From Actinomycetota bacterium (GTDB lineage Bacteria; Actinomycetota; Acidimicrobiia; Spongiisociales; UBA4744), in assembly GCA_013152275.1 (NCBI GenBank), contig JAADGS010000040.1, positions 50,487-70,486 of the forward strand: a stretch of DNA of 20,000 nt, read 5' to 3'. Below the pieces are notes generated by a model that saw nothing but the letters and a program-made list of their open reading frames with translations, did not search any database and was not told the origin of the DNA. Every line of letters starts with the position of its first letter. Position 1 is the first letter of the stretch. A program made the translations under genes and the position numbers. This document shows, in pieces, positions 8,109 through 15,926 of this stretch.

Positions 8109-9765
8109 AGGCAGTCCAGTCTTTCACCAATCGATCCAGCGTCGTGAGTGGCATCATGCCCGAGTCCAGAACGGTGTCGTGGAATCCCTTGACGTCAAAG
8201 CTCTCACCAAGGGCCGCCTCTGCCTCGCTCCGCATCCGCTGGATCTCCAGACGTCCGATCATGTAGGCGAGCGCCTGACCCGGCAAGCCGATGTAGCGAT
8301 CGACCTCGTTCTCGATCGTGCCGATCGACATCGGGGAGTTCTCGGCGAAGAAGTCGATCGCCTGCCGGCGGCTCCACCCTTTCGCGTGCAGGCCGGTGTC
8401 GACGACCAGCCGACCGGCGCGCATCGAGTCGGCCGAGAGCATGCCGATGCGCTCGAGGGGCCCCGAGTACAAGCCCATCTCGTCGGCAAGACGTTCGGTG
8501 TACAGGCCCCAGCCTTCGGCGTAGGCCGTGACGCCTGCGTGCTTTCGAAAGTCGGGGATTCCTTCGAGTTCCTGAGCGATCGCCAACTGAAGATGGTGGC
8601 CCGGGATCCCCTCGTGATACGCCATCGCCTCGATCTCATAACGGCCCCAGTGTGTCGGATCGGACGTGTTGACGAAGAACATGCCGGGTCGAGATCCGTC
8701 GGTGGCCGGCGGGAAATAGAACGCGGTCGGCCCGCTCGGTGTTTCGGCAACGATGCAGTCGGCCTTCGGAAGACGTCCGAACCAGTCCCCGATCGCGGCA
8801 TTGGCCTTTGCGAGCGCACGCTCCGAAGCGGCGACGACTTCCGGGCCTGCCACAAAGTGCAGATCCGGATCCTCGCGTAGACGTGTGAAGATCTCGCTGA
8901 GATCGTCGGTGCCGAGAGCCTCCTTACCGAGCTTTCGATACTCGCCGGCCAACCGCTCGACCTGGTCGAGACCGATGTCATGGATCTCATCGGCCTTCAA
9001 CCGCAGCGTCGTGTGCTGATGAATCGCCTTCGCGTAGAGTTCGTCGCCGCCAGGTACCCAGGACACGCCGCTTCGCTCCTGCGGCCTGGCGAACGGCAAG
9101 ACCTCGTTCGCGATCGTGTCTCGATACCGTTGCAGCGATGGCCGGATCGCGTCACGAACGACGGTGGCGAGACGCTCCTTCCACGCTTCGGTTGCCGACG
9201 TGTCGAAGGATTCCGGGACCCGTACATGCAGAAATGGATTCTCTTCCATCGGCAACGCGAGCAGCGCGTCGAGCTGCCCGACCGTCTTCTCGCTCGTCAG
9301 CGCAGGCGGTGTCCTGCCATCGACAAGCCCTTCGCGCAGGCGCTCGCCCATCTCATCGAACACTCGAGCGAATCCTCGGTACTTCTCGACCAACGCCTCG
9401 GCATGCTCGGACTCCTCGATGGGCAACTGGGGGATCAGCACGGGGATCATCGCCTGCAAACCCATGGCGTGGTTGACCGCGAACTCTGCCGCCCTCGTCT
9501 CGAGGGCATCGGCCCCGGTGGAGGCTTCGAAGATCAGCACATCCCTGGTGATTCGTTCGTCCTTGTCGAGACCTGCCTGATCGATCGCCTCGGCCCGTCC
9601 TGCGAAGTCCCGAAGCCGGGCGATCTGGGCGTCCTCGGCCTCTCTCGACACTTCCTCGACCTTCTCGTCGAACCGGTGATCTCCGAGCATCATGGCGTGC
9701 GTCGGGTTGGTCTCCATCGTGTAGTCCCAGTACTCGTCGCCGAGCCTGCGCAGTTCCTCGTTCAC
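8080..9765 (-). CDS. DUF885 family protein (putative metallopeptidase-like)
   Basis: YHEGIPGHHLQ, AYAEGWGLYTE, RLVVDTGLH, EVDRYI..PGQALAY..G and FHD.VL motifs. No signal peptide apparent. Confidence 0.92.
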   Translation of the reverse strand: MNEELRRLGDEYWDYTMETNPTHAMMLGDHRFDEKVEEVSREAEDAQIARLRDFAGRAEAIDQAGLDKDERITRDVLIFEASTGADALETRAAEFAVNHAMGLQAMIPVLIPQLPIEESEHAEALVEKYRGFARVFDEMGERLREGLVDGRTPPALTSEKTVGQLDALLALPMEENPFLHVRVPESFDTSATEAWKERLATVVRDAIRPSLQRYRDTIANEVLPFARPQERSGVSWVPGGDELYAKAIHQHTTLRLKADEIHDIGLDQVERLAGEYRKLGKEALGTDDLSEIFTRLREDPDLHFVAGPEVVAASERALAKANAAIGDWFGRLPKADCIVAETPSGPTAFYFPPATDGSRPGMFFVNTSDPTHWGRYEIEAMAYHEGIPGHHLQLAIAQELEGIPDFRKHAGVTAYAEGWGLYTERLADEMGLYSGPLERIGMLSADSMRAGRLVVDTGLHAKGWSRRQAIDFFAENSPMSIGTIENEVDRYIGLPGQALAYMIGRLEIQRMRSEAEAALGESFDVKGFHDTVLDSGMMPLTTLDRLVKDWTASVLVTLRGN

Positions 9766-9860
9766 CGTCCAGCCTTTCGTCGCAGCAGATCACTCATCTT
9801 GACCCACCGTGGGTACAACGTCGAATCTGGAGAAACGCCTGGCACCGCTCCCCCGTGCCG

Positions 9861-9884
9861 TGATACAATATGACTGACTGGTCA
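9861..9884 (+). promoter_or_regulatory. Extended -10 promoter with an overlapping palindromic TetR-type operator
   Basis: TGaTACAAT at 9861-9869, followed by TGACTGACTGGTCA at 9871-9884 (TGAC...GTCA dyad) over the expected TSS. GGAG RBS at 9893-9896. Confidence 0.65.
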
Positions 9885-9900
9885 CCCACATTGGAGCGTC

Positions 9901-10515
9901 ATGGGTCGAATCACCGCCGAGGCGAAGCTCGAGGTCCGCAACCGACTCCTCGCCACGGCTGCAGAGCACTTTGCCCGCGACGGCCTCGAGCGAACGAGTA
10001 TCGACGCCATCGCGTCCGGAGCGGGCGTCGCCAAGGGAACCGTCTACAACTACTTCCGATCCAAGGACGAGCTTTTTGCCGAGGTCATCGCGGAGGGTGC
10101 ACGACGCGCGGTACAGCGATACGAAGCCAATCCGGCGGCGGGATCGACCAGGGACCGGCTCCGGGGACTGGCCGAAGCAGACGTGCAGGTCGTGCGGGAA
10201 CAGGAGCCTTTCCAGCAGGTCGTGATCAGGGAAGCCCTGGCGTTTCGACCTGAAACCTATCCCCTCGTCATCAGGCATCTCGCCCCGTTTGTCGGCGCCG
10301 TGGCACATGTCCTCGACGAAGGTGTGTCCGCAGACGAGGTGCGCGCAGATCGGCCCACTGCCGAACTCGCCCTGGCTTTTGTCGGCATCCTCGGCATCCT
10401 GTATGTACAACACTGGGGCTCCGGCGGCACGTGGCCGAAACTCGACGAGATCCCCGACCTCGCGGTCCTGCTGTTCTTCGAGGGTGTCGGACGACGGCCA
10501 GGGAAGCAACGATGA
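9901..10515 (+). CDS. TetR/AcrR family transcriptional regulator
   Basis: HTH: AAEHFARDGLERTSIDAIASGAGVAKGTVYNYFRSKDELF. Confidence 0.95.
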   Translation: MGRITAEAKLEVRNRLLATAAEHFARDGLERTSIDAIASGAGVAKGTVYNYFRSKDELFAEVIAEGARRAVQRYEANPAAGSTRDRLRGLAEADVQVVREQEPFQQVVIREALAFRPETYPLVIRHLAPFVGAVAHVLDEGVSADEVRADRPTAELALAFVGILGILYVQHWGSGGTWPKLDEIPDLAVLLFFEGVGRRPGKQR

Positions 10516-11165
10516 GCACGTACGCGTTCATGCGCTGGCTCGAGTCGACACCGTCTCGCTACGACCGTGGCATGCACCTCTTGAGCAGGGGACGTATGTC
10601 CCGCGTCTACGACCGTGTTGCCGAACTGGCGGCAGGACCGGGGCTGCGCGTCCTCGATGTCGGCTGCGGAACCGGAGGGGTCACCCTGGCGTGCGCTGCA
10701 CGAGGAGCAGAGGCCGTCGGCCTCGACCGGGATGCCGGCATGCTCGAGGTCGCCGCAGCGAAACCGGCGCCTGCCGACGGAAGCGTCGAATGGGTGGAGT
10801 TGGGGGCGGCCGAGATCGAGGACCGATTCGATCCCGAAACGTTCGATAGCGTCGTGTCGTGTCTCGCCTTCAGCGAGATGTCCCCGCAAGAACGCGCCTA
10901 CGTGCTCGGGATCGTCCATGACCGACTTCGTCCGGGAGGCCGGCTGGTGATCGCAGACGAGGTCGAACCGACAGGCGCCGGCGCCCGTCTGCTCTACCGA
11001 TTGCTACGAATCCCCATGACCGTGGCGACCTGGTTGCTCACTCAGAAAACAACACATCCCGTGCACGGCCTCACCGACGCCGTGCGCCAAGCGGGTTTCG
11101 CGAACATCGACGAGGAACGTCCGTGGCCGGCCTTCGTCATCTTGAGTGCGAGGAGACCATCATGA
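10512..11165 (+). CDS. cpaM: Class I SAM-dependent methyltransferase, probably the corrinoid protein-associated methyltransferase family
   Basis: Motif I VLDVGCGTGG, GLD, FDSVVS and LRPGGRLVIAD. The N-terminus (M..LES.P.RYDRG..LLS.G) and the position beside an HgcAB-like gene fit the CpaM family as recalled, not searched. ATGA overlaps on both sides. Confidence 0.8.
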   Translation: MSTYAFMRWLESTPSRYDRGMHLLSRGRMSRVYDRVAELAAGPGLRVLDVGCGTGGVTLACAARGAEAVGLDRDAGMLEVAAAKPAPADGSVEWVELGAAEIEDRFDPETFDSVVSCLAFSEMSPQERAYVLGIVHDRLRPGGRLVIADEVEPTGAGARLLYRLLRIPMTVATWLLTQKTTHPVHGLTDAVRQAGFANIDEERPWPAFVILSARRPS

Positions 11166-12259
11166 AACTACTGGACTCCATATTCGACACGGCGTTCAGG
11201 TTCTTGCCACATCGCTCGAAGACGGGGCTCTTCCCGATCGGTGATCCCGACCGCTCCTCACCCGTCATCGTCACGGGCAACTACACCCTCACCGTGCGAC
11301 GCGTGTCCAAGGCGCTGCAGGGTGAGGACGTCTGGCTGCTCGTCACCGACAGCAGAGGCATCAACGTGTGGTGCGCTGCAGGAGGAGGCCATCTCACCCA
11401 TCATGACGTGATCGCCGCGGTTCGAACATCCCAAGTCGCAGACCGGGTCGACCATCAAGAGCTGATCCTGCCCCAGTTGAGCGCCACCGGGGTCGAGCGA
11501 AATCGTGTCGAGGAGGCGACCGGATGGCACGCGACGTGGGGACCGGTCCACGCGACGGACCTGCCTGCATTCCTGAGACGCGGCCGGCACGCCGTGAGGG
11601 AAGAGCGAGCCGTGCGCTTCCCGATGAGTGATCGCCTCCAGATGGCAGTGATGTGGACCGCCCCGATGGTGCCGATCCTGTGGTTGATCCTGTGGGCGAT
11701 CAGCGGACCGCTACCGGCGGTCGTCGGCGCGGTGGCCATCACGGCCATCGTGCTGGGACTCTTCGCAGGCATGCCGTGGCTGCCGCTGAGGACACACCGA
11801 GGGCTACTCGTCTATGGCGGCCTGGCCTTGGCCGGGTTCGCGTTCGGTGCTGCCCTCTTCACGGCCGCCGGGGCCCTGACGACGAGAAACCTCATCGTGC
11901 TCGCCGCCGCGTGTGTGGTCGGGACCGGGATCGTGTCGGTGGATGTCGCCGGGTCGACACCGCTGCTGTCGAGTTCGGTCAACCCGAGCGATTTCAGGGT
12001 CGAGTTGCTGGTCGACCGTTGCACCGGGGCTGCACAGTGCGTGCTCGTATGCCCGCGTGACGTGCTCGTCATGAACGGCCACGTCCACAAGGTCGAGATC
12101 GTCCGGCCCGCGAACTGCATCCTGTGTGGCGCCTGCATCGTCCAGTGCCCCGAAGATGCCCTCCGCTTCCGGTTCGACGACGGGAGGGTCGTCGAGCCGG
12201 CGACGATACGCAGAACACGCCTCAATCTGCTGGGCAAACGCACCATCGACGTGACCTAG
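11162..12259 (+). CDS. Fused HgcAB-like protein: corrinoid-binding (CdhD/HgcA-like) domain + ~4 TM helices + dicluster ferredoxin
   Basis: GL..IG.P...SPVIVTGNYTLT, WLLV.DS.GINVWCAAGGG, LILPQL.ATGV and WGPV.A.DLP.FL, all typical of HgcA. Then four hydrophobic segments, then CTGAAQCVLVCP and CILCGACIVQCP. Start ATG 11162 after GAGGAG; 365 aa. Confidence 0.88.
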   Translation: MKLLDSIFDTAFRFLPHRSKTGLFPIGDPDRSSPVIVTGNYTLTVRRVSKALQGEDVWLLVTDSRGINVWCAAGGGHLTHHDVIAAVRTSQVADRVDHQELILPQLSATGVERNRVEEATGWHATWGPVHATDLPAFLRRGRHAVREERAVRFPMSDRLQMAVMWTAPMVPILWLILWAISGPLPAVVGAVAITAIVLGLFAGMPWLPLRTHRGLLVYGGLALAGFAFGAALFTAAGALTTRNLIVLAAACVVGTGIVSVDVAGSTPLLSSSVNPSDFRVELLVDRCTGAAQCVLVCPRDVLVMNGHVHKVEIVRPANCILCGACIVQCPEDALRFRFDDGRVVEPATIRRTRLNLLGKRTIDVT

Positions 12260-12261
12260 TG

Positions 12262-13074
12262 TCACGCGAGCAGCAGCTTCTCCAGCCTCCGCGCCGCAAC
12301 CACGATGCCAACCGCACCCATCACGACCAGGAACCCGATGTGGTAGAGCATGGTCCATTCGAAGATCCCGAGCGTAAGCGAACGAATCAGCACGACACCG
12401 TGATAGAGCGGCGACAGTTGCGCCGCCCATCGCAGCCACTCGGGATACACGCTGAGCGGGTAGAACGTCGCCGAGAACAGAAACAGGGGAAGCGTGACGA
12501 GTTGCACGAGATCGAAGTCCTGCCAGGATCGCATGAACGACGTGGCCGCCATGCCTGCTGCAGCGAATCCGAAACCGAGCAGGAGCGCCGCAGGGACGGC
12601 GAGCAGCCCCCACAGCGACGGCATCAGGCCCATGATCCACATCACGACGAGGAACCCCGTCGCATACAGCGCTCCTCGAAACAGCGACCACGTGATCTCT
12701 CCGATGGCAATGTCGCCGGGCGCCATCGGAGTCGCCAGCACAGCGTCGTAGATCTTCGCGTACTTGAGCTTGAAGAAGATGTTGAACGTCGATTCGTAGA
12801 CGGCACCGTTCATGGCCGCCGCACCGAGGAGCGCGGGCGCCACGAACGCCGCATAGGAGATCGGTTCCCCGGTGGGTCCCACGACATCACCGACGAGTTT
12901 GCCGAGTCCGATACCGATGGAGAAGAGATAGAAGAGCGGTTCGAAGAATCCGGAGAAGATGACGATCCATGCGTGCCGGTACACGAGGAAGTTCCGTTCG
13001 AGAAGATGTCGTGCCCGCCGACTGCCCATCGCCGACGGCGGCACGATCCTGGCCATGAGGGTCCCGGTGGTCAT
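12262..13074 (-). CDS. ABC-2 type exporter permease (NodJ-like)
   Basis: SGFFEPLFYLFSIGIGLG, Y.AFVAPALL, YDAVLATP, PLFLFSATFYP and SPLYHGV. Real start ATG 13074 (ATGA overlap). Confidence 0.9.
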   Translation of the reverse strand: MTTGTLMARIVPPSAMGSRRARHLLERNFLVYRHAWIVIFSGFFEPLFYLFSIGIGLGKLVGDVVGPTGEPISYAAFVAPALLGAAAMNGAVYESTFNIFFKLKYAKIYDAVLATPMAPGDIAIGEITWSLFRGALYATGFLVVMWIMGLMPSLWGLLAVPAALLLGFGFAAAGMAATSFMRSWQDFDLVQLVTLPLFLFSATFYPLSVYPEWLRWAAQLSPLYHGVVLIRSLTLGIFEWTMLYHIGFLVVMGAVGIVVAARRLEKLLLA

Positions 13075-13844
13075 TGCCCCAACTTCTTCGTGAACGTGTG
13101 GATCGCCACGAGCGTGCCTCCGACGATCCACGCGAGAAGGTATGCCACATGTACGAACGGCGAGAAGGTCGTGGCCAGACCGAGGGTCGTTGCGCGAGTC
13201 AGCTCGACGCCATGCCACAGCGGCACGGCGTAGGCGAGCGGCTGCATCCAGCCGGGAAGCTGTGTGATCGGAAAGAACGTCCCGGAGAACAGGAACATGG
13301 GGACGATCCCGAACCGGAAGAGGTTGCTCAATCCGGTGTCGCGCTTCAACCATGCCGCGTAGCCGCTGACCGGTGCGGCGAATGCCAGCCCGGTCAGCAC
13401 CGCGGGGAACACTGCCAGCAATCCCACACCGACGGCCACGGCTCCGAAAGCGGCCATGACGAGGACGAACACGGTCGACACGAAGATCATACGAATGCCG
13501 ACCCAACCGAGATGACCGATGACGAGGTCCGGGATCCTGATCGGCGTGGCCAGCGTGGCGAAGTACGTCTTGGTCCACTTGATGCCCGCCATGACCGGCC
13601 ACGACCCGTCGCCTGCGCCCGTCTGCATGGCGGCCGCCGCGAGCAGCCCGGGAGCGAGGTAGGCCAGGTAGGGAATGCCGATCGACGCGCTCCCGGCGCC
13701 ACGGTTCACGAGCGTGCCGAGACCAACCCCCATGCCCAGCAGATACAGGACCGGACTGAGGAAGGTCGAGATGACACTTCCCCGCCATGTGCGGCGGTAC
13801 ACCCGGGCGTGCGCCTCGACGACACGGATCGCAGCCGCAGCCAT
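13071..13844 (-). CDS. ABC-2 type exporter permease
   Basis: PVLYLLGMGVGLG, YLAYLAPGLLA, ATLATP, PMFLFSGTFFP and PLWHGVEL. Confidence 0.9.
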   Translation of the reverse strand: MAAAAIRVVEAHARVYRRTWRGSVISTFLSPVLYLLGMGVGLGTLVNRGAGSASIGIPYLAYLAPGLLAAAAMQTGAGDGSWPVMAGIKWTKTYFATLATPIRIPDLVIGHLGWVGIRMIFVSTVFVLVMAAFGAVAVGVGLLAVFPAVLTGLAFAAPVSGYAAWLKRDTGLSNLFRFGIVPMFLFSGTFFPITQLPGWMQPLAYAVPLWHGVELTRATTLGLATTFSPFVHVAYLLAWIVGGTLVAIHTFTKKLGQ

Positions 13845-14770
13845 CAGTCGATCAGGCTCCGGCCGGTGAGACGCAGGAATACGTCTTCGAGCGTGCTGCG
13901 GCGAACCACCACCGTTTCGGGTTTCAGCCCGCGCTCGGCCACCTCGGCGGCGGTCCGATCGCCGTCGACCGTGTACAGGAGCACGCTGTCGGGAAGGACC
14001 TCGGTCCGTTGCGAGAGTCCCTCGAGGAGCGGCAGCGCCTCCTCTTGACCGCCCACCGGGAATCGCAGTTCCACGACGTCACGTGTCGAGTGCGTTTCGA
14101 TGAGTTCGCGCGGCGAGCCCTCTGCAACGATCTTCGCCTTGTCCATCACGACGAGGCGGTCGCACAGTTGCTCCGCCTCGTCCATGTAGTGGGTCGTGAT
14201 GATGAGGGTCACCCCTCGTTGCTTGAGCCGGTAGAGCCTGTCCCAAAGCGCATGACGGGCCTGCGGATCGAGGCCGGTGGTCGGCTCGTCCAGCAGGAGC
14301 ACATCGGGCTTGTTGATGAGTGCCCGGGCGATCGTCAAGCGCCGCTTCATCCCGCCGGAGAGATTCTCGACCTGGGCGTCGCGCCGTTCTGTGAGTTGGG
14401 CGAACTCGAGCAGTTCGTCCGCCCGGTCGGTGATCACCGATCGGGGCAGGTCGAAGTACCGCCCGTAGACCAACAGGTTCTCGAAGACCGACAGCTCGTT
14501 ATCGAGATTGTCTTCTTGGGGGACCACCCCGAGACGCGCCCGAATGAGCGGCCCCTGCGTGGCAGGGTCCATATCGAGAACTCTCAGCGTTCCTTCGGTG
14601 ACCGGCGACACGGCGCCGATCATGCGCATGGTGGAGGTCTTGCCTGCGCCATTCGGTCCAAGGAACCCGAACGCCTCGCCGTACTCGACGGCGAAGTCGA
14701 CGCCGTCGACCGCGGTGAAGTCGCCGAAACGTTTGGTGAGCGCGCGTGCGAATACGAGGGGTTCGGCCAT
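13844..14770 (-). CDS. ABC exporter ATP-binding protein (NodI/DrrA-like)
   Basis: Walker A GPNGAGKT, signature LSGGM, Walker B LLLDEPTTGLDP and H-loop TTHYMDEAE. Start likely ATG 14770. Confidence 0.95.
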   Translation of the reverse strand: MAEPLVFARALTKRFGDFTAVDGVDFAVEYGEAFGFLGPNGAGKTSTMRMIGAVSPVTEGTLRVLDMDPATQGPLIRARLGVVPQEDNLDNELSVFENLLVYGRYFDLPRSVITDRADELLEFAQLTERRDAQVENLSGGMKRRLTIARALINKPDVLLLDEPTTGLDPQARHALWDRLYRLKQRGVTLIITTHYMDEAEQLCDRLVVMDKAKIVAEGSPRELIETHSTRDVVELRFPVGGQEEALPLLEGLSQRTEVLPDSVLLYTVDGDRTAAEVAERGLKPETVVVRRSTLEDVFLRLTGRSLID

Positions 14771-14797
14771 GGGATAGGCATCGTAGCTCCCCCCGAA

Positions 14798-14850
14798 CCG
14801 TTCTCGTGACGCTTCGACGGAATAGTCCGTGCGAGGTGTCACGAGAACGG
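14798..14850. repeat. 53-bp REP-like palindromic element, copy 2 (downstream of the LLM gene)
   Basis: 13-bp perfect arms CCGTTCTCGTGAC and GTCACGAGAACGG, plus an inner stem ACGGA-atag-TCCGT. Confidence 0.85.
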
Positions 14851-14871
14851 AGGACGCCGTTGGCGACTCGG

Positions 14872-15876
14872 CTACCGCAGCGCCGGAATGATCTCCCGCC
14901 CGTACGCTTCCAGGGTCTCCTCCTGGGCGTCGTGCATGAGGTAGATGGCGAACTGATCAACGCCTCTGTCGCGCAGGTCGGTCAGTTTGGCGATATGGTC
15001 GGCCACAGAACCCAACACGCAGAACCGGTCGACGATGGCATCGGGCACAAACTCGGCCGAGGGATTCCGCTTCTTGCCATGGTGCCGGTAGTCATAGCCC
15101 TGCCGGTCCTTGATGTAGTCGGTCAGAGCCGTCGGGACCGCAATCCCACCACCGCCGTAGCGGGCGACGAGGTCCTCGACGTGGTTGCCGACCATGGCCC
15201 CGAACCAGCGCAGCTCCTCCCTCTGATGGGCGAGGTCGTCACCGACATAGGCTGGAGCGGCCACGCAGACCTGGACGGAGCCCGGATCGCGCCCGGCCTG
15301 CCGAGCGGCGTCCCTCACCACTCCCATCGTCCATTCGAGGATCTTGGGATCGGCCAGCTGCAGAATGAATCCGTCGGCTTCCCGACCGATGAGATCCAGA
15401 GCTTTCGGGCCGTAGCCGGCCACCCACATCGGCAGGTCCCAGCCTTCCTCGCCGACCCACGGGATCCGCAGTTCCACCCCCCGGTACATGACCGACTCAC
15501 CGGCCACCAGACCCTTGATGACCTGCATGGACTCCGAGATCGTCGCCAGTGTCATCGGTTTACGACCGATGACTCGCAGCGCCGAGTCGCCCCGTCCCAT
15601 ACCGCAGATGGTGCGACCCCCCGACATGTCGTTGAGGGTGGCGAACAGCGAGGCGAGCACCGTCCAGTCGCGGCTACCCGGGTTGGTGACCATCGGCCCG
15701 ACGACCACGTGCTCGGTGGCCGCCAGCATCCGGCTGAAGATCACGAACGGCTCTTGCCAGAGGATGTGAGAATCGAATGTCCACACATGGGAAAACCCGT
15801 TCTGCTCGGCCAGCTTGGTCAGCTCGACGACTCGCGACGCCGGCGGATCGGTCTGCAGTACGACTCCGAAATCCAT
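14872..15876 (-). CDS. LLM-class, probably F420-dependent oxidoreductase (TIGR03842-like, pyrimidine-cluster associated)
   Basis: MDFGVVLQTDPPA, WTFDSHILWQEP, GPMVTNP, GRGDSA and ADGFILQLADP. Adjacent to hydA. Confidence 0.88.
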   Translation of the reverse strand: MDFGVVLQTDPPASRVVELTKLAEQNGFSHVWTFDSHILWQEPFVIFSRMLAATEHVVVGPMVTNPGSRDWTVLASLFATLNDMSGGRTICGMGRGDSALRVIGRKPMTLATISESMQVIKGLVAGESVMYRGVELRIPWVGEEGWDLPMWVAGYGPKALDLIGREADGFILQLADPKILEWTMGVVRDAARQAGRDPGSVQVCVAAPAYVGDDLAHQREELRWFGAMVGNHVEDLVARYGGGGIAVPTALTDYIKDRQGYDYRHHGKKRNPSAEFVPDAIVDRFCVLGSVADHIAKLTDLRDRGVDQFAIYLMHDAQEETLEAYGREIIPALR

Positions 15877-15926
15877 TTCCCTCACCCTGCCTTGCTCTCG
15901 TTGTGGAACGGTGGCCGATTCCCGCC

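Noticed and set aside
10512..11165. Methyltransferase as ArsM or UbiE/MenG
   Set aside because: The ArsM catalytic Cys arrangement is not evident, and the context is not quinone biosynthesis. Only generic class I motifs are shared.
11162..12259. Calling this gene a bona fide mercury methylase hgcA/hgcB
   Set aside because: It is fused, has GG instead of GK in the cap helix, has one degenerate Fe-S motif and no C-terminal Cys. Tested fused homologs did not methylate Hg.
13075..13788. N-terminal extension of the 508-aa ORF 12262..13788 (apparent fusion or frameshift)
   Set aside because: Arg-rich off-frame read-through of the upstream permease. The real start is ATG 13074 with a normal ATGA overlap.
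12262..14770. ABC exporter as part of the HgcAB-like system
   Set aside because: It is convergent, has its own putative promoter and belongs to a widespread actinobacterial NodIJ-like family. Adjacency alone is not evidence, though synteny could revive the idea.
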